From Oscillospiraceae bacterium (GTDB lineage Bacteria > Bacillota > Clostridia > Oscillospirales > Ruminococcaceae), in contig SVOZ01000002.1 in assembly GCA_015066115.1 (NCBI GenBank), positions 6,246-70,245 on the forward strand: a stretch of 64,000 bases of DNA, written 5' to 3'. The notes beneath the pieces are model-generated. The model did not search any database. It saw only the letters and a list, made by a program, of their open reading frames with translations, and was not told the DNA's origin. Positions within the stretch are counted from its first letter, which is position 1; every line of letters starts with the position of its first letter. Made by a program: the position numbers and the translations under genes. Below, one piece after another: positions 18,644 to 27,359 of the stretch.

Positions 18644-20284
18644 CTATTTTGCGCTTTCAAGCCTCTCTCTTACCTTATCGGCACCGAGAATTTTCATAAT
18701 TTCATAAAGGTCGGGCGAGTTTCTTCTGCCGGTAATGGCTACACGAAGCACCATGCTTACATCGCCAACGTGGCCTTTATAGGCGTCGGGATCCTTTTTA
18801 TAAAGCTTGGTTTTAGGAGCAAAACCGAGGCTCTCGGCAAGCTCTGTCACCTTATTAAACCAGGTCTGCTGGTCATCGGCGCTGTCGTAAATGTCTTTAT
18901 AGCGGGAAAGAATTTCTATTCTATCCTCGTAAGTTACGTTCTCGGGGAATTCTCCGCTTTGAACAAATAGATCGTCATAGAAGAATGAAACGTAGTCTTT
19001 AACTTCGTTCCATTTTGCTATATCCTTACGCGGCTTTTCTCCGCCTCTGCCGATTGAAAAGATTTTAATGGCATATTCGCGGTTTTCGCTAAGCTTATTA
19101 TAAAGCTCGCTATCATTATCCTTTGCCCAGGCGGTTACCTGAGAGTAGACCTCATCGGCGGTCATAACAGAAATTGCATTGCGGCTTACGTCGATAAGCT
19201 TGTCCATATCAAAAAGGCAACCCGAAACGCTCATTTTATCTGCTGAAAACTTAAAGTCGTCAATAGGAGCGGTGGGGTTCTCTATGCGCCATTCCTCAAA
19301 ATTGGAATTAAGCAGGGTCATAATATATTCCATAACGCTGTTTGCCGAAAAGCCCTGATCATAGTAGTAGGAAAGCGAGGCTTCGGGGTCCTTGCGCTTA
19401 GAAAGCTTTCTCTTAGTGCCGTTATCAAGCTTCATAAGCTGGGCAACGTGCATATAATGCGGAAGCGCAAAACCAAGAGCTCTGAAAAGCTGAACATGGA
19501 AGGGCAGGGTTGAAAGCCATTCCTCACCTCTGACAACGTGGGTGGTGCCCATATAGTGATCGTCAACGGCGTGGGCAAAATGGTAGGTCGGGATTCCGTC
19601 GCTTTTGAGCATTACGTGGTCGATATCATTTTCGGGGAAGGTAAGTTTGCCTTTAATAAGGTCGACTATGCCGTCCATTTTAGAGGGATCGCCCTCGGAG
19701 CGAAAACGAAGAACGAATTTTTCGCCGTTATTTATCTTTTCTTCTATTTCCTCATAGCTTAAATTGCGGCAGGAGGCATACTTTCCGTAATAGCCGAAGT
19801 TTTCCTTGTTCTGCTCCTGCGCTTTTCTCATATCCTCAAGCTTTTGCTCACTGCAAAAGCAGGGATATGCCCTGCCCTCGCTGATGAGTTTTTTAGCAAC
19901 TGCCTGATAAATTTCGGCTCTTTGGCGCTGATAATAAGGGCCATAATCGCCCTTTTCTCCGCTTGCGGTTGCGCCCTCGTCAAAAATAATATTATATCTT
20001 TCAAGCGAGCTTAAAAGAATTTCAACTGCGCCTTCGACCTCGCGCTTTTGGTCAGTATCCTCAATTCTTAAGATAAAAACACCGCCGCTCTGGTGCGAGA
20101 GGCGTTCACAGGTTACTGCGGGAAAAAGGTTTCCAAGATGCACAAAGCCTGTGGGGCTGGGCGCAAGTCGGGTTATACAGGCGCCGTCTTTTATATTCCT
20201 TTTGGGAAATTTCTTCTCTACATCCTCAATGGTTAATTTACAATCGGGATAGAGCAGATCGGCAAGTTTTTTTAAGTCTGCCAT
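18644..20284 (-). CDS. gltX: Glutamate--tRNA ligase
   Basis: RLAPSPTGFVHLGN (HIGH region) and KLSKRK (KMSKS). I set the start at the ATG at 20284 (MADLKKL), which follows GGAGA. The ORF track extends to 20323. Confidence 0.9.
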   Translation of the reverse strand: MADLKKLADLLYPDCKLTIEDVEKKFPKRNIKDGACITRLAPSPTGFVHLGNLFPAVTCERLSHQSGGVFILRIEDTDQKREVEGAVEILLSSLERYNIIFDEGATASGEKGDYGPYYQRQRAEIYQAVAKKLISEGRAYPCFCSEQKLEDMRKAQEQNKENFGYYGKYASCRNLSYEEIEEKINNGEKFVLRFRSEGDPSKMDGIVDLIKGKLTFPENDIDHVMLKSDGIPTYHFAHAVDDHYMGTTHVVRGEEWLSTLPFHVQLFRALGFALPHYMHVAQLMKLDNGTKRKLSKRKDPEASLSYYYDQGFSANSVMEYIMTLLNSNFEEWRIENPTAPIDDFKFSADKMSVSGCLFDMDKLIDVSRNAISVMTADEVYSQVTAWAKDNDSELYNKLSENREYAIKIFSIGRGGEKPRKDIAKWNEVKDYVSFFYDDLFVQSGEFPENVTYEDRIEILSRYKDIYDSADDQQTWFNKVTELAESLGFAPKTKLYKKDPDAYKGHVGDVSMVLRVAITGRRNSPDLYEIMKILGADKVRERLESAK

Positions 20285-20338
20285 AGTTTTTCTCCGTTTC
20301 TTTTTGTTCCTTAAAATGCACAAAGTAATACATAATAT

Positions 20339-20367
20339 ATTTTATAACGGATGCGATGCAATGTCAA
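20339..20367 (-). promoter_or_regulatory. SigA-type promoter of gltX-glnS
   Basis: The minus strand reads TTGACA, 17 nt, TAAAAT. It lies 55 nt upstream of the gltX ATG. Confidence 0.55.
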
Positions 20368-20394
20368 GGATTTTCCTTAGTATAATGCGCTTTT

Positions 20395-20871
20395 TTAGGG
20401 ATTTAAAACAACATATCCAAGGTTAAGATAGGCGGCAAACAGGAGCCAGACAAGATAAGGGATCTGCAGGTATGCCGCAAGGGGACTTACTCTGTAAAAG
20501 CGGACTATCATAACCACAACAAGCGCGATCAAAAGAAGAAGCCAAATAAACGAAAGGGTTAAAAACCCAAATGTAAAAAACAAAAAAGGCCAGATAAAGT
20601 TTACAATAAGCTGAAGGTAATAAACCTTTGCCGCGTCTTCACTTTTTATGCTGTTTTTTGAGATAACGAGGGTTATAGAAACTGCCATAAGTGTGTAAAG
20701 AATGCTCCAGACTATCGGAAACAAAATTGCAGGCGGAGCAAGCGGCGGCGCTGTAAGAGACTTAAACTTTTCATCGGGATTTGTTAAAAGTCCCACAAGT
20801 AACCCGCCGCCGAGCGACAAAATGAGATTAAAAATAAAAGGTAACGGTTTAATTACAATGCTTTTTTTCAT
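20395..20871 (-). CDS. tspO: TspO/MBR family tryptophan-rich sensory protein
   Basis: 158 aa and five TM helices, with Trp-rich motifs (FPIVWSILY; NFIWPFLFF). Confidence 0.85.
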   Translation of the reverse strand: MKKSIVIKPLPFIFNLILSLGGGLLVGLLTNPDEKFKSLTAPPLAPPAILFPIVWSILYTLMAVSITLVISKNSIKSEDAAKVYYLQLIVNFIWPFLFFTFGFLTLSFIWLLLLIALVVVMIVRFYRVSPLAAYLQIPYLVWLLFAAYLNLGYVVLNP

Positions 20872-20931
20872 AATATGCCCCCAAATAAATTACTGTATCT
20901 AATTTTATTCGGGAATTTTACAAAAAAGCAC

Positions 20932-20959
20932 AAAAAAGCGGATGCCTTTCGGCATCCGC
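20932..20959 (-). terminator. Rho-independent terminator after gap
   Basis: GCGGATGCC / GGCATCCGC stem with loop TTTC, preceded on the plus strand by A6, which is the U-tract on the minus strand. Confidence 0.8.
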
Positions 20960-20976
20960 TAAAGGTTTGCTTAAAA

Positions 20977-22014
20977 TTAGTTAAGCTCTGCAAAATACTT
21001 AATGGTTCTTACCATCTGGCTGGTGTAGGAGTTCTCGTTATCGTACCAAGAAACAACCTGAACCTCATAAAGATCCTCAGCGATCTGAGCAACCATGGTC
21101 TGAGTTGCATCAAAGAGAGAACCATATCTCATTCCGATAACATCGGAAGAAACGATCTGATCCTCATTGTATCCAAAGGACTCGGAAGCAGCAGCCTTCA
21201 TAGCGGCGTTGATTCCCTCTTTGGTTACATTTGTGCCCTTAACAACAGCGGTGAGGATGGTGGTAGAACCGGTTGCAACAGGAACTCTCTGTGCAGAACC
21301 GATGAGCTTGCCGTTAAGCTCGGGGATAACAAGGCCGATAGCCTTTGCAGCACCGGTTGAGTTAGGAACGATGTTAGCAGCGCCAGCTCTTGCTCTTCTT
21401 AAGTCACCCTTTCTGTGAGGACCGTCGAGGATCATCTGGTCGCCTGTGTAAGCGTGGATGGTGCTCATGATACCGCTCTGGATCGCAGCATAATCATTGA
21501 GAGCCTTTGCCATGGGAGCAAGGCAGTTGGTGGTGCAGGAAGCGGCAGAGATGATATTGTCATCAGCGGTGAGGGTGCCCTCGTTAACGCTGAAAACGAT
21601 GGTCTTAAGATCGTTACCTGCGGGAGCAGAGATAACAACCTTCTTAGCGCCTGCATCGATGTGAGCCTGGCTCTTTTCTTTTGAGCAGTAGAAGCCGGTG
21701 CACTCTAAAACAACGTCAACACCGATCTCGCCCCAAGGAAGATCCTTAGCGTCTTTTTCTGCATAGATTTTGAGGGTCTTGCCGTCAACAGTGATGGTGC
21801 CTGCTTCGTCATCGGCAACAACAGTGTGAAGACCTTCTCCGATCTTTCCGCAGTATCCACCCTGTGCTGTATCATACTTTAAGAGATGAGCAAGCATTGA
21901 GGGTTTAGTAAGATCGTTGATAGCAACAACCTCATAGCCTTCTGCTCCAAACATCTGTCTGAATGCAAGACGTCCGATACGTCCGAAACCGTTAATAGCA
22001 ACTTTAACTGACAT
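20977..22014 (-). CDS. gap: Type I glyceraldehyde-3-phosphate dehydrogenase
   Basis: [11 protein letters not shown] Rossmann start and the SCTTNC active site. I set the start at the ATG at 22014, after AGGAGG. The ORF track extends to 22077. Confidence 0.95.
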   Translation of the reverse strand: MSVKVAINGFGRIGRLAFRQMFGAEGYEVVAINDLTKPSMLAHLLKYDTAQGGYCGKIGEGLHTVVADDEAGTITVDGKTLKIYAEKDAKDLPWGEIGVDVVLECTGFYCSKEKSQAHIDAGAKKVVISAPAGNDLKTIVFSVNEGTLTADDNIISAASCTTNCLAPMAKALNDYAAIQSGIMSTIHAYTGDQMILDGPHRKGDLRRARAGAANIVPNSTGAAKAIGLVIPELNGKLIGSAQRVPVATGSTTILTAVVKGTNVTKEGINAAMKAAASESFGYNEDQIVSSDVIGMRYGSLFDATQTMVAQIAEDLYEVQVVSWYDNENSYTSQMVRTIKYFAELN

Positions 22015-22187
22015 GGGTAATTTACCTCCTAAAATTTTATCACATATTATTTTATAACAAAAGTTAAAAATATACAATATTTTTTATAAATTTTTTCGGA
22101 TATTTTTGAAAATTGTGAGCATTGATAAAAATATAACATATTTTACAGTATTTTTATTTAATTTTTAACAATATTTTCCGCTTTATG

Positions 22188-22216
22188 TTGAAAAAAGCTG
22201 AATTTGGTTGTATAAT
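22188..22216 (+). promoter_or_regulatory. SigA-type promoter of the orphan histidine kinase gene
   Basis: TTGAAA (22188-22193), 17-nt spacer, TATAAT (22211-22216). An AGGAGG RBS follows. Confidence 0.55.
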
Positions 22217-22246
22217 TAATCAGTAAGAAACATTAGGAGGGTAGTT

Positions 22247-23416
22247 ATGCCAAACGAGATAGACGAAAAACAGCTGTCATCGCTTAAAAGCGCTTTTGAG
22301 TCGTCCCCTCTCTCCGTTGCAATTTTAAACAGCAATCTTAACATTATTTATACCAACAACGCATTTTGCAAGAGATTTATAAATGATGATAACCCAATGG
22401 GCCTCTATATGTTATTTGAGGACATTGACAAAAAAACGGTTATCAACTGTCTTAAGTCAGAAAAGTTTTATGAATTTTGTTGTGATCTGCCTGACCAGAA
22501 TGGTGCGCTTGTAACCCTGAATGCACTTTTTTCACAAGACGAAAGATGTGAGTTTTCAGGCGCACTTGCTATTTTTGCGCCCAAAAACGGCGAAACCGGA
22601 GTGTTTACTTCAGGTGATGATGACGCCTGTCAGCAGGCTGTAAACCGTGAGCTTCGCGACAGAATTAATATGATGCACTCATCGATCTATGCGATCACCC
22701 AATCAAAAAACTTTGATCCTGACGCAAGTTTAAGCATTCTTATAAACAGCTTAAACCAAAACTGCTACCAGCTTCTTCGCGCAAGCGACAATCTTTCGAG
22801 AATTTTGAGAATCACGTCTCACAACGATTTTGCCAAATTTGACCTCGTTAATTTCTCTGACTATATCAGCACGCTTGTGCGCGCTATTGTGCGAATGGAT
22901 AACAAGAATTTTATTCCCATTGAGTTTATCTGCAACGACACCGAACTTCCCGTCCAGATAGACATTGCAAAGATGGAGTTTGCGCTTTCAAACATTATTG
23001 CCAACTCTATAAAATACACAAAACCGAATAATAAAATAAAAATAATTCTCAAGCGGATTGGAGATAACGCAGTTTTGTCAATTATTGACAAAGGTGCAGG
23101 AATGCCAAAGCAGGTGCTTGATAATATCGGCACGCCGTATTATTCCTACTCTCACAAATTTGATGATGCGGGCTTTGGGATAGGCTTATTTATTGCAAAG
23201 AAATACCTTTCATATCACGCGGCAAGCTTTTCTATACAGAGCCGCGAAAACGAGGGAACGACCGTTACCATATCCATCCCTCTCGACCTTGAGGATGATG
23301 ACGACACTCCCCTTACAACACTCACACTTCACTCTCCGCCTGTTTTTGACCCCGAGGCAAAATACTCTCAGACAAGAATTCAACTCAGCGAAGTGTGTTA
23401 CTATCCTGTCTTATAA
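22247..23416 (+). CDS. Soluble (no TM helix) sensor histidine kinase with a PAS-like N-terminus
   Basis: 389 aa with an N box (LSNIIANSIKYT), a G1 box (DKGAGMP) and a G2 box (GFGIGLFIAKKY). There is no hydrophobic segment and no response regulator gene nearby. Confidence 0.8.
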   Translation: MPNEIDEKQLSSLKSAFESSPLSVAILNSNLNIIYTNNAFCKRFINDDNPMGLYMLFEDIDKKTVINCLKSEKFYEFCCDLPDQNGALVTLNALFSQDERCEFSGALAIFAPKNGETGVFTSGDDDACQQAVNRELRDRINMMHSSIYAITQSKNFDPDASLSILINSLNQNCYQLLRASDNLSRILRITSHNDFAKFDLVNFSDYISTLVRAIVRMDNKNFIPIEFICNDTELPVQIDIAKMEFALSNIIANSIKYTKPNNKIKIILKRIGDNAVLSIIDKGAGMPKQVLDNIGTPYYSYSHKFDDAGFGIGLFIAKKYLSYHAASFSIQSRENEGTTVTISIPLDLEDDDDTPLTTLTLHSPPVFDPEAKYSQTRIQLSEVCYYPVL

Positions 23417-23459
23417 AAAAGAACCGTTTAAAGCCGAGGCTTTAAACGGTTCTTTTTTT
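23415..23459. terminator. Bidirectional rho-independent terminator
   Basis: 15-bp stem GAACCGTTTAAAGCC / GGCTTTAAACGGTTC flanked by A6 and T7, placed between convergent genes. Confidence 0.85.
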
Positions 23460-23991
23460 ACAGCTCAACTATTGTAGGGGTGTGCTTTAGAGCAGGAATG
23501 ATCTTATTTACCATATCCTCTGTTTTTATTTTCAGGCTTGAGGTGTTTATACATGGATGACAACCTATGTATTGCTCCTTTAAAACATCCTTATCAATAA
23601 GCAGAGTGACATCGCAGTTTTGGTCGTTTAAAAGGCCCATAATGCTTACAGAGCCGGGAGTAATATCGAGATACTTTTCCATAAACTCGGCACCCGCAAA
23701 GGAAAGACGGGCACTGTTTATCTGTGCAGACAGATCCTTAGTTTTAAAGGGCTTGTCTGCAGGCATTAAGAGAAGATAAAAAACGGTCTGCTGGCGGTTA
23801 CAGAGAAAGAGGTTTTTACAAATTGGTGCGCCGAGCACCTTGTCTATCTTATCGCAAACCTCCATAGTATCAGCGCTCTCGTGGTCAACACGCTCGTACT
23901 CAATGTTTAGCGAGTCCAAAAAATCGTAGACCTTTACTTCTTTGGCAAGTCTTTTTTCGCAGTCCTGAGGTCTTGCTTTTTCAAGTATCAT
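23458..23991 (-). CDS. YbaK/ProX-type aminoacyl-tRNA editing domain protein
   Basis: 177 aa. CKNLFLCNRQQTVFYLLLMPADKPF and ITPGSVSIMGL resemble prolyl-tRNA-synthetase-associated (ProX) proteins. Confidence 0.75.
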   Translation of the reverse strand: MILEKARPQDCEKRLAKEVKVYDFLDSLNIEYERVDHESADTMEVCDKIDKVLGAPICKNLFLCNRQQTVFYLLLMPADKPFKTKDLSAQINSARLSFAGAEFMEKYLDITPGSVSIMGLLNDQNCDVTLLIDKDVLKEQYIGCHPCINTSSLKIKTEDMVNKIIPALKHTPTIVEL

Positions 23992-24006
23992 TTTTCACAT
24001 TCCTTT

Positions 24007-26208
24007 TTAAATTTGTCTGCTTAAGCTGCAGGTAAGATATATGACCTGCGTGTTTTTAGCGATTTGTCTTATAAGCTCAGCCGCTTTTTTGAAATTGTCA
24101 TCATCAAGGGAATAAAACGGATCGTCAAGAATAAGAAAAGGCCTTTCATTTTCAAACATTGCATCAACAAGCGAAAGCCGCAGGCACACATCAATAATGC
24201 TCTGCTGTCCCTCTGAGAAAAGGCTCGCCTTATGAGCCACACCGTCTCGCTTTATTGTGATGTCAAGCTCGGTTCCGATGTTAAAATCCTTTTCCTCAAC
24301 ACCGAAAAACGCATTGCTGTATTTATCAAACGCATCTATAATGCTCTGGGCATATTTCTTAAAAAGCTCATTTTTAGCCGTTTCAAGAAGTTCGGCAGTT
24401 TTTGAAATTGTCGCAATATTGTCTTGATATTTTGCAAGATTTTCGCTTTCGTTTTCTATTATCTGCTCCTGCTCATTTAAGTTTTCCTGCGCCTGAGACA
24501 CTGCAAAAAGAGCATTTTTCTTGTCGCCTATGTTGTTTTTTATCTCGCTCATTTTAGCGCGGACAAGCGATAGCTTTTGCTCTATTTTTTCTGTAGAGCC
24601 ATCGGTATTCTGACTGCTTAGCCGCTCAAAGGCCTCGGCATCAAAATTTTGATCTATTTTTAAAATACACTCATTAAGCTCGTTTTTAAGTTGAAGAAAT
24701 CTTTCGCTGTCGCGCCTTACTTCGCTATCAAGAGTGGAAAAATTGTCTTTATTCTCTCCGATATAGCCTATTTTGCCGATGAGAGCCGCTATACTGCTTA
24801 GGTTTTCCTCAAGAGCCGCTTCAAGCTCGCAAAGCTTATTTTTCACAGGCTTAAAGTGGTCATCGTACAGCTCTAAATCATAGCAAAGCTTATTTAAAGA
24901 AGCGTCGCTATTCTTACCGTAGTATTTTTCAATAAAGGCATCAAGCTCACTTTTCGCCCTATTATATTTATCCGACAGCTTTGATCTGCTTTTTTGAGCC
25001 GCCACTGTGAGCGCAATAGTGACAGCAAGCAAAATACCGCATACAGATGTAATTACAGCCGCTATGGTAACATTTACAAAGCAGAGCGCTATGCCCGCCG
25101 CAACAAGCACAGACAAAAGCGAAATCACAAACTTTGGCGGCGCTTTTACAGCATTTTTTGCCTCGATTTCGCTCTTCTGTTTTTCACTTTCAAGCACCTG
25201 CATTTTTTTAAGTCTATCTTTATCGGGATAGTCGCTTTCAAATTTTTCAAAGACTCTCTGCCCGTCAAAGCGCTGTAAATTTTGCCTTTGAGAATCAAGC
25301 ATTATGCTTATTTCCTCATTATCGCTGACCGCTCTATGAAGCGCATCGCAAAAGCTATTATCGGGCATTTCTTTTGTGTATTTTCTTGACAAAGAGTCGA
25401 TCTGCTCTTTTAAATTAATGGCCTTTTCATTTGCTTCATCATAATTTTTCTTTTTAATAAAATCGGCATCGAGCTTGGCAGAGGCATTATAGCTTTTTAT
25501 GATCTCCTGCTCCTCTTTTTCAGCCGAGCTAAGCTTATTTAAAAGCTCGGAGATCTGTGCGTTTATTCTGCTATACTCATCGTTTTCTCTTTTAAACCGT
25601 TCAGACAAGGTTTTTGCGTTCTGAATATTCTGTTTGCAGAGGTCTGTCTGTTTTTTTCTGTCCTTCAAGGCATCCTTAAGATTTTTTTCTGCAACAGAAA
25701 AACTGTCAAGGTCGTCCGCCACATTGACGGTACTGCTTATTTTTGCCCTTATATTTTCGGGAAGTCCGTCAAGGTTGACGCTTCCGTTTGAAAAGGTGCT
25801 TTTCACAAAAGCCTCTTCATTAAGGCCAAAGATTTCCTCGCCTATATTTTCGGAAAAATCGCTTACCTCAAGACCTGTATCGGCATCAAGCAGCATAAAT
25901 TCATCACGGGTGGGGCTTTTGCTGTCAAATTTTCTTATAATTCGATAGTTTTTCCCCTTAAGCGAAAAAACAAGCTGACCGCCAAAGGAAGCGGCCTTCC
26001 AGGGATTGTATTTTGCTCTGTCGCTGCTATCTAAAGAGGAGTTTTTTCTTGCGGTTGGCATTCCGAAGAACATTGCCTTGATAAAGGCGGCAAGGGTGGT
26101 TTTTCCAAAGCCGTTTTTCTCTATGATACAGCTTACGCCGCTGTTAAAATCAATGCTATAATCTGCAAGACCGCCAAAGCCATTTATATTACAGCTTAAA
26201 ATCTTCAC
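24007..26208 (-). CDS. YhaN/SbcC-like AAA ATPase with coiled coils and a central TM hairpin
   Basis: Walker A motif (EKNGFGKTTL), long heptad-rich arms, two central hydrophobic helices (FVISLLSVLVAAGIALCF...ITSVCGILLAVTIALTVAA) and a C-terminal Walker B (FLILDDPF). The GTG start at 26208 overlaps the upstream stop (GTGA). Confidence 0.75.
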   Translation of the reverse strand: MKILSCNINGFGGLADYSIDFNSGVSCIIEKNGFGKTTLAAFIKAMFFGMPTARKNSSLDSSDRAKYNPWKAASFGGQLVFSLKGKNYRIIRKFDSKSPTRDEFMLLDADTGLEVSDFSENIGEEIFGLNEEAFVKSTFSNGSVNLDGLPENIRAKISSTVNVADDLDSFSVAEKNLKDALKDRKKQTDLCKQNIQNAKTLSERFKRENDEYSRINAQISELLNKLSSAEKEEQEIIKSYNASAKLDADFIKKKNYDEANEKAINLKEQIDSLSRKYTKEMPDNSFCDALHRAVSDNEEISIMLDSQRQNLQRFDGQRVFEKFESDYPDKDRLKKMQVLESEKQKSEIEAKNAVKAPPKFVISLLSVLVAAGIALCFVNVTIAAVITSVCGILLAVTIALTVAAQKSRSKLSDKYNRAKSELDAFIEKYYGKNSDASLNKLCYDLELYDDHFKPVKNKLCELEAALEENLSSIAALIGKIGYIGENKDNFSTLDSEVRRDSERFLQLKNELNECILKIDQNFDAEAFERLSSQNTDGSTEKIEQKLSLVRAKMSEIKNNIGDKKNALFAVSQAQENLNEQEQIIENESENLAKYQDNIATISKTAELLETAKNELFKKYAQSIIDAFDKYSNAFFGVEEKDFNIGTELDITIKRDGVAHKASLFSEGQQSIIDVCLRLSLVDAMFENERPFLILDDPFYSLDDDNFKKAAELIRQIAKNTQVIYLTCSLSRQI

Positions 26209-27266
26209 AGCTCTATCTCCTCCCCTGCTATTGCACTTATTCCGCATTTAAAGATCTTTTCTTTCTCCTCGTCAGAAAGGTCTGATGAAATAAGCTGACG
26301 GACAAATTCGCCCTTAAGCGAGACATCATTTTTGTAGTCTTCAACATTTATTTTGGTTTTGCTCTTATCCTCAATCTTTGCAAAGTAAAAGCAGTTTTTA
26401 AGATAGGTTAAAAACTGTGCAGTGTCCTTATTGGTGTCGGGTGTGCAGTCACCTGTTAAGACCATTTTTACCATATCGCACCGGCGTGCGTTATTATTTT
26501 TCAAGGCATTCTCAACTGCAGATCTAATTTCGCTATACGTTACAAGGCCGCTTATATCCACCTCAAGCCTTAACATTTTGCGCTTATCGGGATCGGTTAC
26601 AAAGCGGTATTCTTTTTTATCGGTATCTATAAGATAAAAGCCTTTTTCGCCGCTCTCATCAAAGCCGCGGCTCTCTAAACAGCCGCAATAGGCATAAACA
26701 CCGCGCGCATCGAGCGCTTGCAGGCTGTTATAATGGATATGTCCAAGGGCAAGATAGTCAATATTTTTATCTTTAAGAAGCGAAAGTTTGATTTCGCTGT
26801 TTACATCCCCGTGCATCACGGCAATATTAAATCTATCCTCTTGCGCCTCTAAGCTGCTGTAAATTACATTTGCATTGTTTTTATTTTGCTCCACTCCGAA
26901 AACAGAGACGTTATCATATCTGTACTCCACCCATTTATCCGAGAAAAACCTAAGGTTTGAGGGCAGATCTTTAAGCTTTTCAAAGGGGTTAACATTATCG
27001 TGATTTCCCGAAAGCACAAGAAAATCTACATTTTTTGCTTGTTCGATAATATCAGCAACCGTCTGGACTGTTTTTTCTGTTACCTTGGTGTGATCAAAAA
27101 GATCGCCTGCTACAATAACGGCGCGCACATCATTCTGCACAGCAAAAGAAACCACATTTTCAAATGCAGCCACAAGCTCTTTTCTTCTCATCTTAGCCTT
27201 ATTTGAGTCAAGATTTGTTTCAAGCCTTGAGTCAAGATGCAGATCTGCGCAGTGAATAAATTTCAT
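26205..27266 (-). CDS. SbcD/YhaO-like metallophosphoesterase (DNA repair exonuclease family)
   Basis: MKFIHCADLHLD, GDLFD, GNHD and GHIH motifs. RBS AGAGGTG. Confidence 0.85.
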   Translation of the reverse strand: MKFIHCADLHLDSRLETNLDSNKAKMRRKELVAAFENVVSFAVQNDVRAVIVAGDLFDHTKVTEKTVQTVADIIEQAKNVDFLVLSGNHDNVNPFEKLKDLPSNLRFFSDKWVEYRYDNVSVFGVEQNKNNANVIYSSLEAQEDRFNIAVMHGDVNSEIKLSLLKDKNIDYLALGHIHYNSLQALDARGVYAYCGCLESRGFDESGEKGFYLIDTDKKEYRFVTDPDKRKMLRLEVDISGLVTYSEIRSAVENALKNNNARRCDMVKMVLTGDCTPDTNKDTAQFLTYLKNCFYFAKIEDKSKTKINVEDYKNDVSLKGEFVRQLISSDLSDEEKEKIFKCGISAIAGEEIEL

Positions 27267-27325
27267 TTTATCACACCTCTTTTAAAGTTAATTTTATTAT
27301 ACCGCATATATCTTCCCTTTTCAAG

Positions 27326-27353
27326 TAAAAAAGCACACTCGACCGAGTGTGCC
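27326..27353 (-). terminator. Rho-independent terminator after the ABC exporter operon
   Basis: GCACACTCG / CGAGTGTGC stem with an A-run on the plus strand, which is the U-tract on the minus strand. Confidence 0.75.
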
Positions 27354-27359
27354 TTTTGT

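Noticed and set aside
18632-20394. T-box or other leader riboswitch upstream of gltX/glnS; likewise upstream of argG and purC
   Set aside because: The leaders are too short: about 55 nt for gltX, 12 nt between gltX and glnS, 44 nt for argG and 33 nt for purC. I found no specifier-loop or antiterminator-like structure.
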